Below, piece by piece: positions 33,847 to 34,137 of a stretch of 34,137 bases of DNA; the first letter of the stretch is position 1; each line of letters begins with the position of its first letter. The translations under genes were made by a program, and so were the position numbers. The stretch is from a virus. Its lineage: Duplodnaviria; Caudoviricetes. The DNA is taken from positions 1 to 34,137 of IMG/VR virus record IMGVR_UViG_3300044675_004382; one strand, written 5' to 3'. The notes below the pieces were generated by a model. That model saw only the letters and a list, made by a program, of their open reading frames with translations. It did not search any database and was not told where the DNA came from.

Positions 33847-34137
33847 AGAGGACTCTGTTGTAATAATGACCATAAAGCAAGGCAATGAAATAAATGCTTT
33901 GTATAAAGGGTACAATAAGACAATAGATTCTTTAAAAAATAAAAGTATAAAAGATGACTCTTTACTCAATGTCTACATTTACAAAGCTAATAAGCTTGAA
34001 AATTACAAATATCGTTACGAAGCTAACATGGAAACTTACCAAGCAAGGGAACGAGAACTTGAAAAAATGGATAAATACCATGCTTGGCAAAAAATAATAT
34101 TAATTTTTTTAATAGTTTTTCAATTCAATCAATTATG
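33761..34137 (+). CDS. Signal-peptide coiled-coil protein with a C-terminal TM (runs off the window; not in ORF track)
   Basis: MLNKLWIVLAMILVSVSSYS-QYP...WQKIILIFLIVFQFNQL; overlaps the lipoprotein gene as spanin pairs often do. Confidence 0.7.
   Translation, partial: MLNKLWIVLAMILVSVSSYSQYPIIKKIKEDSVVIMTIKQGNEINALYKGYNKTIDSLKNKSIKDDSLLNVYIYKANKLENYKYRYEANMETYQARERELEKMDKYHAWQKIILIFLIVFQFNQL

Larger units (their letters stand above)
1..34137. mobile_element. Near-complete Caudoviricetes (siphovirus-like) phage genome, probable Bacteroidota host
   Basis: Terminase, portal, capsid, protease, tail tube, tape measure, endolysin and primase-helicase are all present; no host housekeeping genes; TAnnTTTG promoters; no integrase recognised. 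Confidence 0.95.

Noticed and set aside
1-34137. Stop-codon reassignment
   Set aside because: Genes are intact and densely packed under the standard code; TAA, TAG and TGA all terminate genes
1-34137. Terminal repeats, integrase/att sites, tRNA genes
   Set aside because: The ends do not overlap (the endolysin N-terminus is missing), and I recognised no recombinase or cloverleaf; a gene in the missing segment cannot be excluded
1-34137. Apparent abundance of CTAG, CCGG and GGCC as a clue to methyltransferase targets
   Set aside because: An impression only; it needs a Markov-corrected k-mer count that I cannot run

Overview
This window looks like a near-complete ~34 kb tailed dsDNA phage genome (siphovirus-like, probably lytic), opened inside the lysis module: the endolysin is truncated at the left edge and a signal-peptide ORF runs off the right edge. 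The host is most likely a Bacteroidota, based on TAnnTTTG -7 promoter elements and A-rich translation starts without Shine-Dalgarno sequences. The layout is a leftward early arm (SSB-like protein, exonucleases, DUF3310, SF2 helicase, DnaA-C-like HTH) and a rightward arm (C5 DNA methyltransferase with a nested second reading frame, VRR-NUC, primase-helicase, iteron-like origin, phage sigma factor, glycosyl/acyltransferase cluster, terminase, tail genes, head genes, fibre, lysis). I saw no integrase, tRNA or CRISPR. The most striking signal is a tail-tip protein carrying three mucin-like poly-Thr tracts, followed 13 nt later by a GT-A enzyme resembling plant/algal peptide O-glycosyltransferases (GT95/GT96). 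Together they are a candidate phage-encoded virion O-glycosylation system. Other highlights are an M.EcoHK31I-like two-frame methyltransferase with a G10 tract, a -1 frameshifted tail chaperone, a bipartite late promoter (AAGTAC-N16/17-ATATWTAT), and several small ORFs missed by the ORF track. All family assignments come from motif recognition by eye, not from database searches.
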